Shown: piece after piece, positions 38,608-51,132 of the stretch
Position numbering within the stretch: the first letter of the stretch is position 1
How the letters are laid out: each line of letters starts with the position of its first letter
NCBI GenBank assembly: GCA_030390025.1
Contig: CM059432.1
Location: 136,774,001-136,838,000, forward strand
Direction: 5' to 3'
DNA from: Squalus acanthias
Taxonomy: Eukaryota
Length of the DNA: 64,000 bases
Notes under the pieces: model-generated
Databases searched by the model: none
The model's input: only the letters and a program-made list of their open reading frames with translations
What the model was told of the DNA's origin: nothing
Position numbers and translations under genes: made by a program

Positions 38608-38859
38608 CCATGATGTGGAGATGCCGGTGTTGGACTGGGGTGGACAAATGTGAGAAGTCGCACAACATCAGGTTATAGTCCAACAGCTTTATTTGAAATC
38701 ACAAGCTTTCGGAGCGCTGCTCCTTCGTCAGGTGAAGTGAAGAGATGCATATAGGCACAGCATATATAGTCAGAGAACACAGCCAGATGACTACAGTTAC
38801 AGCTTGTGATTTCAAATAAAGCTGTTGGACTATAACCTGGTGTTGCGCGACTTCTCACA
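38608..38859 (-). mobile_element. Non-coding Penelope-type element (pLTR/tail-derived) with a ~60-bp inverted repeat and a 12-bp TSD
   Basis: TSD ttcaaataaaaa at 38596-38607 and 38860-38871. Segments 38647-38706 and ~38801-38861 are near-perfect inverted repeats. Contains a hammerhead motif. Confidence 0.8.
38699..38736 (-). ncRNA. Minimal type I hammerhead ribozyme, core intact
   Basis: Minus strand reads ttcac-CTGACGA-a-ggagc(agc)gctcc-GAAA-gctt-gtga. CUGANGA and GAAA boxes, 5-bp stem II, stem I tcac/gtga, palindromic AAGCUU at helix III. Confidence 0.85.
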
Positions 38860-40224
38860 TTCAAATAAAAAATGTACTTCATTGGCTTTGGGACATCCTG
38901 AGGTTGTGAAAGGCACAAAATAAATGCAAGTCTTTCTTTTAGAGAAACTATTCAAACGATTGTGAATAAAGCCTGACTCATCATGAAATCCTGCCGTGAG
39001 TCCTGGTAAACTCCGACACAATGCCTTTAGAGTGCAAGAACAAAAATAACATTCCGATTGCTGTCGCGTGACATATTGTATTTGGGCCGTGTGGAATCAG
39101 TTGCACAGAGCAGTGAGGGGGGGATGCATCAGTTCTGTAGCAATGGAAAAAAAATCAGTTACCAGTTGATAACAGTGAACAATCATAAATTAGGATGTTG
39201 TCCAAAAATTCTAATAAAACTGTACCAGTTTTAAAAAAATATATATTTTAACGATTTTCTTTCTTAACTTTTTGCGTACAGCAATTTGAATAGAGTAATG
39301 TCCCAACCGTGTCCAAGGTCTGAAAGCAATAAAGGAAGGAGGTGATTTACTGGAATAAACACACTTCGACTTTGTATAAAAGTGAAGAGTCAGCGAGCTT
39401 GATGCCTTGCACAGCGACAGAATGTATTTAGTGTGCCCTGTGAAAGCCTAGTATAATCGCCAGCCACTGCAAAGCACTGATAGGATCCCGCTGTACACGT
39501 GAAAAGGTCCTCAGAGGTGCCCCTGATATTTTACGCTGCATTAGCCGTTATGATGATGTGCTATGACAGCTCTTGAAAAATGTGCCCCGAGCTCTAAATT
39601 GCTCCAATTACTCCTGCGGCATACAGGTTCTCTGTGCAAGGGGCAGCCCCAGTGCTTCAGCGAAAGCCAATAATCTTCACATAATCTGGTCCCAGAGCAC
39701 CATGTCACTCTCCTTCACCGTAGCTTTTCATAATCCCGAGCATATGGTCATGTTTTGATGGGCATGAAATTACATCAAGCAAGGTCATTTTTAATAACTG
39801 TCAATATCCCTGAACAGCAGTCAACCTTATTGACACCTAAACCGAGAGCTCGGGGAGTTGTCAAGCAGCTGACAGACTTGGCCTGGGAAAGCTGATCCAC
39901 AGGGAGCCAGATTAATATTGATATTAGTAAATTGTTATTGATATAGATTTGAAGGGTATTGTGCAGCTGGATGATACTGTAACTCAAGTACCACTGACAG
40001 CAAATGACTTTCTTCTTTCCATGAGGGGTTTTCACTGGTCTTCTTTTCTTGCACGACACAGTAAAGATTGTCTTATAATCTACAGCAAGCAGCTACATGT
40101 CAACAAATCAGAGAATAAAAGCCACTGAAAGATGTGGGGCTTAACCCTTACCATTCACCAGCAGGAGCTCTTATTTTTTATAGCTCTATTGGTTTGTAGA
40201 GTTTTCCAAGGATCCTTAAAGTAT

Positions 40225-40345
40225 CTTTCCTACATTACAGCAGTGACTACACTTCAAAAAGTACTTCATTGGCTGTAAAGCGCTTTGGGACGTCCGGTGG
40301 TTGTGAAAGACGCTGTATAAACGCAAGTCTTTCTATTTTCTTTCC
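40225..40345 (+). mobile_element. Deu-SINE 3' tail
   Basis: cctacattacagcagtgactacacttcaaaaagtacttcattggctgtaaagcgctttgggacg... Confidence 0.85.
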
Positions 40346-41269
40346 TTCGCAGCAGTGGTCCCCCTGTTGAGCTAACAAGATGCGTTTTTGAGTTTCCATC
40401 CCATTAATCTTCAGGTATTAAAATAATGTTGTCATTGAAGGTGAAACCCGTAGTGTATCCCCCCCCCTTTCCAATCATCTCTCCGTCAACCCTGGCTCAA
40501 TTTCATAAATTCAAAACCAGCTGACTGGAGCTCTCCGTGCAGTAGTGCTGATTTAGACACAGGGATGTTACTAAATGATTCTCTTATTATGATAGCACAA
40601 TAATTGCTTCAAGGAGTATCCCACATCATCTCAATGAGATTCCCATTAATCCTGCCATTTTTCCAAATAATGGGTTCAGGCAGAAGGCCAAGGTACAGCT
40701 TTCATAACCACTTCTGTTGATTTATTGCATAATTATCATGGTTTATGATTCAGAGAAAAACAGATCATTGTGATTATGGATTTTACATTTCATGTATATT
40801 ACTGTATTGCAACAGTACACCATTCTTATTCAGGGGCAGGGCTTCCTGTCAATACATCAGTGGAATTAAACTCTTCAAAAGATTTGAAATACAGTAACAT
40901 TTTAAAGGTGTGTGAACATACATAAAACAGCTCTATCATTTTGTTAATCTGGGAAACAGATACTAAAATGAGAACTACAAAAATAAATGATCATAGAACT
41001 TGTGTTTGAGAGAAGTTTGTTCTCTACTTCGAAAATGATGAGGTCCTTCATGTACCAAAGTTCAATGTCTTCGGGGCAATGACTTGTTGCTTAACTCTTT
41101 AGAACCTGCAGTGTACGACTTCCACTCCATTTAACACTGAACTAAAAAAACATTTTGGACAGTCATCAGCCTAAACTTGAATTTCTGGAACTGTTTCATT
41201 CTGAATATGTTTTCCTTTAAAGCAACGCCAAGATGTTTTGCCCTGATGTTGGAGTGCTTCTAAACTATT

Positions 41270-42150
41270 ACAAAGTATTTGCAGCACAGAAACAGGCCAT
41301 TCGGCCCAACAGGTCTATGCCGGTGTCTATGCTCCACACGAGCTTCCTCCCACATTACACCATCTCACCCCCTCAACATATCCTTCCATTCCTTTCTCCC
41401 TCACGTGCTTATCTAGCTTCCCCTTAAATACATCTATGCAATTCACCTCAACTACTCCTTGTGGCAGCGAGTTCCACATTCTAACCACTCTCTGGGTAAA
41501 GAAGTTTCTCCTGAATTCCCCATTGGATTTATTGGTGGCTATCTTATATTTATGGCCCTTAGTTCTGGTCTTTCCCGTAAGTGGAAACATCCCTCTATCT
41601 CTACCCTATCAAACCCTTTCATAATCTAAAGACATCTATCAGATCTATGTGGAGAAAGAGCAAGGCAGTGAGACGAATTGGATAGCTCTTTCAAAGAACC
41701 GGCACAAGCAAGATGGGCCAAATGGCCTCCTTCTGTGCTGTATGATTCCATGATTCTATGATCTCATTATTGATCTTTTGTAGTGAACTATATCATTCAC
41801 ATTTATTTTTAAAATTATGAAAGGGTTCAATATGATACTTGTGGAGAGTCCAAAATTAGGGGCCATAAATATACAATGGTCACTAATAAATCCAACAGGG
41901 AATTCATAAGAAACCTCTTTACCCAGAGAGTGGTTAGAATGTGGAACTCTCTACCACAGGGAGTAGGTGAGGCGAATAGCATAGACACATTTAAGGGGAA
42001 GCTAGACCAGTACACGAGGGAGAAAGGAATAGAAGGATTTGCTGACAGGATGAGATGATGTAATATGGAAGGAGGCTCGTGTGGAGCATAAGCACCAGCA
42101 TGGATCAGTTGGGCTGAATGGCCTGTTTCTGTGCTGCAAAATTCTATGTA
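41270..42150. mobile_element. Cluster of three CR1 3' fragments (minus 41270-41640; plus 41645-41760; plus 41845-42150)
   Basis: RRNFFTQRVVRMWNSLPQGVVEVNCIDVFKGKLDKH (minus) and RNLFTQRVVRMWNSLPQGVGEANSIDTFKGKLDQY (plus). ttccatgattctatgat tail at ~41750. Confidence 0.85.
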
Positions 42151-42544
42151 ATTACACAGTTTCAAATCCTTGGTATTTATCTCTATTTTCAGACTTAACT
42201 GACAGACCTCAAACTCTGGAACAAGGTTGTAGTGATGCTGATGCCAGCCTATTTATTGTCGGAAGATAAACTAGAAAGCAAAATTAACCCGACCACCTGT
42301 GGGAGAAATAAATCATATTTTAATTCCCATTAATATTATGGCTCATCAGTTTTTAGACTCCCAGCAATGAGTTTCCTCATCTCAGTAAGTAGAGTACATT
42401 AATTATTCCTGGGTTAACTACCTTGGTTTGCTTCTAATACAGCAAGTATCTTACTATTAGTGACAGTGATACTGCAATTTAATTGACACGGGTGATACTG
42501 ATGAAATGGAATCACACAGTTAGGACTTTGTTTTACAGAGCTAA

Positions 42545-42830
42545 AAAAGAAAGAAATATTTGCATTAATACAGCGCCTTTCACAACCTCAGGATATCCCC
42601 CAAAGTGCTTTACAGTCAATGAAGCACTTTTGTAGTGTAGTCACTGTTGTAATGTAGGAAACATGGCAGCCAATTTATGCACAGCAAGGCTCCCACAATA
42701 TGATAATAACCAGATAATCTGTTTTAGTGATGTTAGTTGAGGGATAAATATTGGCCAGGGACACCGGGGATAACATCCCTGCTCTTCTTCAAAGTAGTGC
42801 CATGGGATCTGACAATAGTGCCATGGGAGG
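42545..42830 (-). mobile_element. Deu-SINE, truncated next to the CR1
   Basis: SINE tail and core, ending in a local duplication of tagtgccatggga. Confidence 0.8.
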
Positions 42831-42865
42831 TGACAAAACAAATCCTGTTCTTCATTCTTTAAGCA

Positions 42866-45548
42866 AATATTTTGTATCTGTCTTCGCAGTAGAAGACACA
42901 AAAAGCATACCAAAAATTGTGGGGAACCAAGGGACTAATGAGAGAGAGGAACTTAAAGTAATTAATAACAGTAGAGAAAAAGTACTTGAGAAACTAATGG
43001 GACTAAAAGCTGACAAATCCCCTGGACCTGATGGCCTACATCCTGGGTTTCTAAAAGAGGTGGCTAGAGAGATAGTGGATGCATTGGTTGTGATCTTCCA
43101 AAATTCCCTAGATTCTAGAACGGTCCCAGTGGATTGGAAGGTGGAAAATGTAACCCCACTATTCAAGAAAGGAGGGTGAGAAAAAATAGGGAACTACAGA
43201 CCAGTTAGCCTGACATCAGTCATCAGGAAAATGCTGGAATCCATTACTAAGGAAGTGGTAACAGGGCACTTAGAAAATCATAATTTGGTTAGGCAGAGTC
43301 AACATGGTTTTATGAAAGGAAATTGTGTTTAACACATGTATTGGAGTATTTTAGGATGTAACTAGCAGGGTAGATAAAGGGGAACCAGTGGGTGTAGTAT
43401 ATTTGGATTTCCAAAAGGCATTCGATAAGATGCCACATAAAAGGTTGCTACACAAGCTAAGGGCTCATGCAATTGTGGGGTAATATATTAGCATGGATAG
43501 AGGATTGTTAAACGGACAGAAAAGAGAGAGTAGGGATAAATGGGTCATTTTCCGGTTGGCAGGTTGTAACCTAGTGGGGTGCTGCAAGGGCCACTGCTTC
43601 GGCCTCAGCTATTTACAATCTATATTAATGATTTAGATGAAGGGACCGAGTGCAATGTATCCAAGTTTGCTGACGATACAAAGCTAGATGGGAAAGTAAA
43701 CTGTGAGGCGGACACAAAGAGCCTGCAAAGGGATATAGACAGGTTAAGTGAGTGGGCAATAAGGTGGCAGATGGAGTATAATGTGGAGAAATGTGAGGTT
43801 ATTCACTTTGGTTGGCCCAACCATCTTCAGCTGCTTCATCAATGACCTTCCCTCCAACATAAGGTCAGAAATGGGGATGTTCGCTGATGACTGCACAGTG
43901 TTCAGTGCCATTCACAACTCCTCAGATAATGAAGTAGTCCATGCCCGCATGCAACAAGACCTGGACGACGTTCAGGCTTGAGCTGATAAGTGGCAGGTAA
44001 CATTCGTGCCACAGAAGTGCCAGGCAATGACTATCTCCAACAAGCGAGAGTCTAACCACCGCCCCTTGACATTCAACAGCATTACCATCGCCGAATCCCC
44101 CACCATCAACATCCTGGGGGTCACCATTGACCAGAAACTTAACTGGACCAGCCACATAAATACTGTGGCAACAAGAGCAGGTCAGAGGCTAGGTATTCTA
44201 TGGCGAGTGTCTCACCTCCTGACTCCCCAAAGCCTTTCCACCATCTACAAGGCACAAGTAAGAAGTTTGATGGAATACTCTCCACTTGCCTGGATGAGTG
44301 CAGCTCCAACAACACTCAAGAAGCTCAACACCATCCAGGACAAAGCAGCCCGCTTGATTGGCACCCCATCTACCACCTTAAACATTCACTCCCTCCACCA
44401 CCGGTGTACCGTGGCTGCAGTGTGTACCATCTACAAGATGCACTGCAGCAACTCGCCAAGGCTTCTTCGGCAGCACCTCCCAAACCCGCGACCTCTTCCA
44501 CCTAGAAGATCAAGGGTAGCAGGCGCATGGAAACACCACCAAGTTCCCCTCTAAGTCACACACCATCCTGACTTAGAAGTATATTGCCGATCCTTCGTCG
44601 CTGGGTCAAAATCCTGGAACTCCCTACCTAACAGCACTGTGGGAGTACCTTCACCACACGGACTGCAGCAGTTCAAGAAGGCGGCTCACCACCACCTTCT
44701 CAAGGGCAATTAGAGATGCAATAAATGCTGGCCTTGCCAGCGACGCCCACATCCCATAAAAACTAATTTTAAAAAATAGAAAAACAGAATATTCTTAATG
44801 GTGAGAAACTATTAAATGTTGGTGTTCAGAGAGATTTAGGTGTCCTTGTATAGGAAACACAGAAAGTTAGCATGCAGCAAGCAATTAGGAAGGCAAATGG
44901 CATGTTGGTCTTTATTGCAAGGGGGTTGGAGTACAAGAGTAAGGAAGTCTTATTACAATTGTACAGGGCTTTGGTGAGACCACACCTGGAGTACTGTGTA
45001 CAGTTTTGGTCTCCTTATCTGAGAAGGACATACATGCCTTAGAGGTGGTGTAACGAAGGTTCACTAGATTTATCCCTGGGATGAGAAGGTTGTCCAATGA
45101 GGAGAGGTTGAGTAGATTGGGTCTATACTCTCTGGAGTTTAGAAGAATGAGAGGTGATCTCATTGAAACATATAAGAATCTGAGGGGGATTGAAAGGATA
45201 GATGCTGAGAGGTTGTTTCCCCTGGCTGGAGAGTCTAGAACTCGGGGGCATAGTCTCGTGATAAGGGGTCGGCCATTTAAGACTGAGATCAGGAGGTATT
45301 TCTTCACTCAGAGGGTTGTGAATCTTTGGAATTCTCTACCCCAAAGGGATGCGGATGCTGAGTCATTGAGTATATTCAAGGCTGAGATCGATAGATTTTT
45401 GGACTCTAAGGGAATCAAGGGATATGGGGATTGGGCGGGAAAGTGGAGTTGAGGCTGAAGATCAGCCATGATCTTATTGAATGGCGGAGCAGGCTCGAGG
45501 GGCCGTATGGCCGACTCCTGCTCCTAATTCTTACGGTCTTATGTTCTG
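42866..45548 (+). mobile_element. 5'-truncated CR1 LINE (ORF2/RT pseudogene) split by a nested LINE
   Basis: KYFVSVFAVED...KSPGPDGLHPGFLKEVAREIVDAL...[28 protein letters not shown]...EVIHFG, then resumes as KNRKTEY...LGLYSLEFRRMRGDLIETYK...FFTQRVVNLWNSLPQ. Multiple stops and frameshifts. Confidence 0.95.
43813..44770 (+). mobile_element. Second LINE family (CR1/L2 group) 3' fragment nested in the CR1
   Basis: GPTIFSCFINDLPSNIRSEMGMFADDCT (RT motif) and ORF 44006-44554 (INILGVTIDQKLNWTSHIN..IYKAQVRSLMEYSPLAW). Own 3' end aataaatgctggccttgccagcgacgcccacatcccataaa. Confidence 0.9.
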
Positions 45549-45849
45549 TCCTCTCTCATTCATACTCATATGTATATATTTACTGCCTATTGCCTAAATG
45601 GGCAAAAAAAATCTATTCAGCTGTGGTTTTCTACAAGCTATTTTGCCAAACATAATTGACATGCAACTTTGAGTTGTGGTTGGCAGATTTTGGTCAGCAA
45701 TGCGACAGCTAGCCAGTTTTACTTTATCTCCCAGGCCTCAAAATGAAGGTGTCAGCCAAGTACTTATTCTACATTACCTCCTGTGCACTCCAAAGGCTTC
45801 TCAGTGCAGCAGCTGACCTCTTAAAACACAATTTTATGGCTCAACTGAG

Positions 45850-45940
45850 CAACTGAAAATGCTGGAAAATGTTTGCGCAGTTTGAGCAATGCCTGAAAGA
45901 GAAAGATCGGTTACCATTTTGGATGTAACCCATCAGAAAA
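45850..45940 (-). mobile_element. Old, decayed Penelope-type tail with a degenerate hammerhead
   Basis: Minus strand ttctgatgggttacatccaaaatggtaaccgatctttctctttcag...ttttccagcattttc parallels the tails at 7605-7700 and 61283-61375. Confidence 0.5.
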
Positions 45941-46789
45941 CCACTCAGCAATGTCTCCGTAAGAAGCAACCTATGGCATTGCTTCAGAATCTGGGAATGT
46001 CAATCAGACGAAGCTAGAAGCACAAATCCAGGCAAAACGAATGCTCGCTGGGGCAAGCCAAGAAGCTGAGGTCCTTGGAAATGTAGACAAAGATATTGGA
46101 TCCAACAGTAATAATTCAGACGTTTAGAGTTTCGATCCAGGATCCAGCACATCAGATCTGGTGTCCCGGTCATGAAAGTGGGAACATCTCCCAGGGAAAG
46201 TCCTGGAAGAACTGGCCATGGTGAAACTTGCAGCTGGCGATAATCCTAAGTAACCTGCTTAGTTTTCTGCCCGTGGTGTGCCTGAGAATCTTTTGTTGTG
46301 GATTAAATTTACATTCAAAAATCAGATCTGAATCTACAATTTGAAAAAGAAATGAAAGTGCTGAAAGGGAGTTGTCCTGTCTGCAATAATGTTAGCATCC
46401 TGCCAGCACCTATTGTGGGATAGTTATTCTGGTTCAATTCTCCTTTTGAGACCATTACCACAAACTTGTATTTTGCATTGTTACTAATTACAGGCATAAT
46501 CATTAGCACTTCGGTAGTAAATTCTCCTTTGTTCTCGATTAGTGTATCAGACAATGAACTAAATTTTTACAGACAAAATCTGATTGAATACAGACACAAT
46601 GGACAATGAAGATTAGATATGACTTATTATGCTCCTTAATGCGCTATTTACATCCAGGTTGTAACAGCTTACAGCACGTATTGTTGATCTTCTCATACAG
46701 GGAATGGGATGGTGGAAGGTATATCGTAAAATAAATAGCACAGAGGGCTCAGAAGATGTGCCTTTTCCTCCCTTGTGAAAATAACATCA

Positions 46790-47190
46790 TAAAAGGAGCA
46801 GGCCATTCAGCCCCTCAAGCCTGTTCTGCCATTCAGTGAGATCATGGCTGATTTTAACTCTATCCACCCGCCTTGGCTCCATATCCTTTTATACGCTCGT
46901 CTAGCAAAACTCTATCGATCTCAGGTTTTAAATTATTAATTGAGCTAGCATCTATGGCTTCTTGTGGGAGTGAGTTCCACACTTTTTCCACCCTTTGCGT
47001 GAAAAAGTGTTTCCTAACTTCTCTCCTGAATGGCCTGGCTCTGATTTAAAGGTTATGTCTCCTTTTCCTAGACTCCCCAACCAGCGGCAAAGGTTTCTTT
47101 CTATCTACCCTGCCAATTCCTTTCAAAATCCTAAGAACCTCAATGAAGTCACCCCGTAACCTTCTATATTCCAGAGAATACAAGCCTAGT
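46790..47190 (-). mobile_element. CR1 3' fragment
   Basis: KLGLYSLEYRRLRGDFIEVLRILKGIGRVDRKKPLPLVGESR plus the ggccattcagcccctcaagcctg 3' UTR. Confidence 0.85.
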
Positions 47191-47609
47191 TTCAGGAGAA
47201 AGATATGGTTACATTTCTTCAGGCAGTATGGCTGCATCTTCGATTTGCTGTTCAGACCATAATTTTGGACCACTTACCGCCCTTCTGAAATCTATGACTC
47301 ACATGACTTTCCTTAATCCTTTGCGTCACTCTATTCTACTTTTATTTTGTCAATTCTAGAATTCTGTAGGCAAGCAGCTTTTGGAGCTCATGATTTACTA
47401 TTTTTTTTAATGAACTATTTTTTATTAAACTATGGAGCTCCTGTCCCCCAAATATGGGATGTAAGATTTGATCTGCCATTTTGCCTTAGTTACCATCAGT
47501 CATTATCAAGGGTCAAGTGACTCTGGTAGATGTTTTATTCGAAAGCTAACTCACCACAAGTGGTAAACTGACATTGGACAAAAAGCATTGAATTATATGT
47601 TCTCACTTG

Positions 47610-47616
47610 GAGGGGA

Positions 47617-47680
<64 letters not shown>

Positions 47681-47690
47681 AGAGAAAGAG

Positions 47691-47753
<63 letters not shown>

Positions 47754-47774
47754 GAGAAAGAGAGAGAGAAAGAG

Positions 47775-47813
<39 letters not shown>

Positions 47814-47822
47814 AAGAAAGAG

Positions 47823-47876
<54 letters not shown>

Positions 47877-47944
47877 GAAGGAAGAAGAAGGAAGGAAGGA
47901 AGGAAGGAAGGAAGGAAGGAAGGAAGGAAAGGGAAAGAAAGAAA
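47610..47944. repeat. Polypurine microsatellite (GAAA)n/(GA)n/(GGAA)n, ~330 bp
   Basis: Read directly. It explains the spurious KERK ORFs. Confidence 0.97.
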
Positions 47945-48094
47945 TTGATTAATTAATTAATTTAGAAAATATCATTAAACTGAGTGGAAAGGTTCTGTGG
48001 GGAAAGGCAGCCCCCAGAGAGCTTCAGTGAGTGCAACCAGCCCACTGAAAGAGAAAAGAGATGTTGGGTGGTCAGGGAAGGGATGGTAAAAGAC

Positions 48095-48462
48095 AAAAGA
48101 AAGACTTGCATTTATATTGTGCCTTTCACAACCTCGGGAGATCCACAAGTATTTTACAGCCAATTAAGTACTTTGGAAGTGCAGTCACTGTTGTAATATA
48201 GGAAACATGGCAGCCAATTTGGACAACAGCAATGTGATAATGACCAGATCATCTGTTTTAGTGATGTTGGTTGAGGGGTAAATATTGGCCAGCACACCGG
48301 GGAGAACTCCCCTGCTCTTCTTCGAAATAGTGCCATAGGATCTTTTACATCCACTTGAGAGGAGCTCATTAATGCACTGAAGTGTCAGCCTGGATTATGT
48401 GCTCAAGTCTCTGGAGTGGGACTTGAGCCCATGACTTTCTGACTCAGAGGCGAGTGTTGCAC
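48095..48462 (-). mobile_element. Deu-SINE with internal deletions
   Basis: Tail, Deu core and head remnant (ctgactcagaggcgagtg). Confidence 0.85.
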
Positions 48463-48675
48463 CATGGTAGTGATTAAGGAATTGGCTGATCACCAGAGAA
48501 ATGGAGTTCTCCTGAGCTTAGGACCTAGACTCTTAGAAATTGAATAGGCACGCACACACATAACCCTACTAGACTGCAAGGAGAATTAGGTACACAAATG
48601 ACAAAAGAAAAAGTAATCTCTTAACCATCACTATTTCCAGTTGCAATGACAAGAAGCCCACTTTATGACATATTG

Positions 48676-49503
48676 GGGTAGACACTGGAGCTCATTGCAC
48701 CCATTTTACAGGTGTAAAACGGGCACAGCAAGTGCCAATTTCAGGGACAAGCATCCTGCACCCTAATAAGGCCTGAAGGGCATCTGATCTGATAAAACAG
48801 GCATTAGGGTCCTTATATATGCAAACATAGGCCCAGAATTTGGTAGCACCCATTTATGGCACTCAGGGGCCGCAGGGCAAATACCCTGTGCCTGAATGGT
48901 GAGGTCTGAGGCTCCCGAGATATTAGGCCTTGGACCTCATTGTAATAGAGCTGGTGCAACTCAACGGCCCACCGTCAGAGATTGGATGAAGGCTAAAGGT
49001 AAGTGAGTCCGGGTGTCGATTCAGGAATGGGGGACCGCAGATCGGGCCAGGTGGCCTGGAGCTGCGGGGACCAAAAGGAGGGCGATCGGGGTTCGTGGGA
49101 GTGGGAGTGTGGGGGGGGGGAAGGCCGAGAGTCCATGATAGAGATTTGTTGCTGGGGGGTAGGGTGAAAGACAATTGCGGGGGGGGGGGGGGGTCGGAAG
49201 AAGTTGCCTAGGGGGTGGGGGGCTGGATCAGGGTCGGGAGCAGCAGGAGTGCTAACATTCAGGTAAGTAACTTACCATCTTTGTTGCAGGCGATCCCTTG
49301 GGCTGCTTTCTCTGAGTGCAGCCCACAATGGCGCTGGCCACCTCAAGGCAAACCAGCCTTGGAGAGCGGACCTCAATCAGGCATTAGGCCCTTTATTTGC
49401 AAATGCCCATGCAGGACAAAAGAAGCAAGGGATTGACCTTAAGCTGTTTTCAGCAGTGGGTTCGGAACTGGGCGTGGAAGGGCCCCGGTTACAAAATTGC
49501 CAT
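48676..49503. mobile_element. GC-rich non-autonomous TIR-like element (Harbinger-like, inferred)
   Basis: Begins ggggtagac. Inverted internal motifs (atgcaaacataggccc vs ggccctttatttgcaaat), G-runs, and a shared ggatgaaggct..aggtaagtga motif with 2718-3528. Confidence 0.45.
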
Positions 49504-50689
49504 CATTTCAATTAAGAACATGGGGCATCTTATGGAGAAAAATTGTCAATTTACTGCGACTGTGGCTCTGCAGTTTGTGAAAATATTAGTCTCGGGCACA
49601 TTCGCTCGAAGCTTTCGATGTTTCTTATCCGTAATTATAGTAAAAAGCATTTGACTGAATTAGGTTTCTGACTTCTTTCAGTTTAAAATGGCCTGCGCGT
49701 GTTATGTGTTGCGGCCAGGATCGACGGAAACATCTGGGATCCGTCTAGCGGGCACTGTCTGATGGGCAGCAAAGAAGCGAGGCGCTGGTTTCAACTGTTT
49801 TCACACAACTGTCTCCAAATTCTTACCGGCATCCGTCCTTGCCCGTGGAGGCAAGCACTTTCATACTGGCATGAGTTTGGAGTGTGTCATTTGGCAAGTG
49901 TTTACACCGCCAAATTCACGCTGGAGTACAGTCTGTGCTTGGTCTCATTCCAGTGCTAATTTTGCAGTATGAATGACATTATTATGTGTTCTTCATGCAA
50001 GCATTCAGCCGCTGTTACCCATGGCCAGATTGGGTGGAACTGGTTCTATGGGCAGATTCACTTGTTCCCCCAACAAACCCCGCCCCCCCCCCCCCCCCAA
50101 GAAATCCTTGGCTGCACACATTAAAATGCACACTGCATCTTTCTCGTGTCAGATACTGCATGCATCACAGATTTGTGCAGAAGTGCATTCTGTAAAAGTA
50201 GGGTTCAATAAAATGTTGGTGAGTTCTCGTGCATCTCTGGGCCACATTCTACATCCTATCTGACAGGGCAGGGAGGTGGCCTGCTCTAGGCATCTCACAG
50301 TGCTGCTTTGTACACACTCATTAGGAGTTTCATTAAACTAGCCTGGGGTAACGCACTCACTCTACCTCCCTCCTCCCCCCTCGCAGTCGGGAGACATACT
50401 TTGCCGAGTACTTCCCTATTAATGACATTCAATGACTTAAGTCAGGTGTGTTCTAAGTGAGTAATTTTGGACAAGAAGTACATTCTCTCAGATGATGGTT
50501 GCAAACCAGCAAATTTTAATTTGTTCACACTTTGAATCTACTATCCTGAATCTGAGCTTTAATCGGTTTTCTAAAATGAACAATTCCAAATATCAGCAAC
50601 AACTAAGATGGCCATCCAATAAAAGCCATCCATGTATTAAAAGGTATATTTGTATACCTGGTTTAAGGGTCACTTTAAAATTTTATTTT

Positions 50690-51083
50690 AAAACTTGCAT
50701 TTATGTAGCACTTTTCACACCCTCAGGATGTCCCAAAGCTCTTCACAGTCAATGCCGTACCTTTGAAGTGGAGTCATTGCTGCTACACAGCCAATTTAGG
50801 TAAAATCTCACAAACAGCAAATGAGATAAGTGAGCAGTTAATCTGTTTTGGTGGTGTTAATTGGGGGATAAATCTATTACAGGGCACCAGGAGAATTCCC
50901 CTGTTCTTTTTCGAATAATGTCATGGGATCTTCTGCCTTCCACCTGAACAGGCAGGTTGGGATCTCAACTTAGCATCTCATCCAAAAAAATGGTGCCTCC
51001 AACAACGTAGGGCTCCATCAGTACGACAGTGAAGTATCAGACTAGTAGATATACTTAGTTCGTGCAGTGGGAGCTGAACCCAC

Positions 51084-51124
<41 letters not shown>

Positions 51125-51132
51125 GGTTGACA
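50690..51132 (-). mobile_element. Full-length diverged Deu-SINE
   Basis: Tail at 50693. Head ..gaacccacaaccttctgactcagaggcaagagtgctacccactgagccaggttgacac ends directly against the 20-bp array. Confidence 0.85.

Larger units (their letters stand above)
38240..38940 (+). mobile_element. Near full-length tRNA-headed Deu-SINE interrupted by a Penelope-derived insert
   Basis: Head gtgtcagccgtggctcagtgtgtagcactcttgcctctgagtcagaaggttgtgagttcaagc has Pol III A- and B-box-like motifs. Deu core and L2-like tail follow. The element is split at 38608-38859. Confidence 0.9.

Noticed and set aside
45966..46128. Open frame ATYGIASESGNVNQTKLEAQIQAKRML..
   Set aside because: About 55 codons, with no recognisable domain or clear splice context. 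Within chance expectation.
47588..47956. KERK-rich ORFs
   Set aside because: Translation of the (GAAA)n microsatellite.
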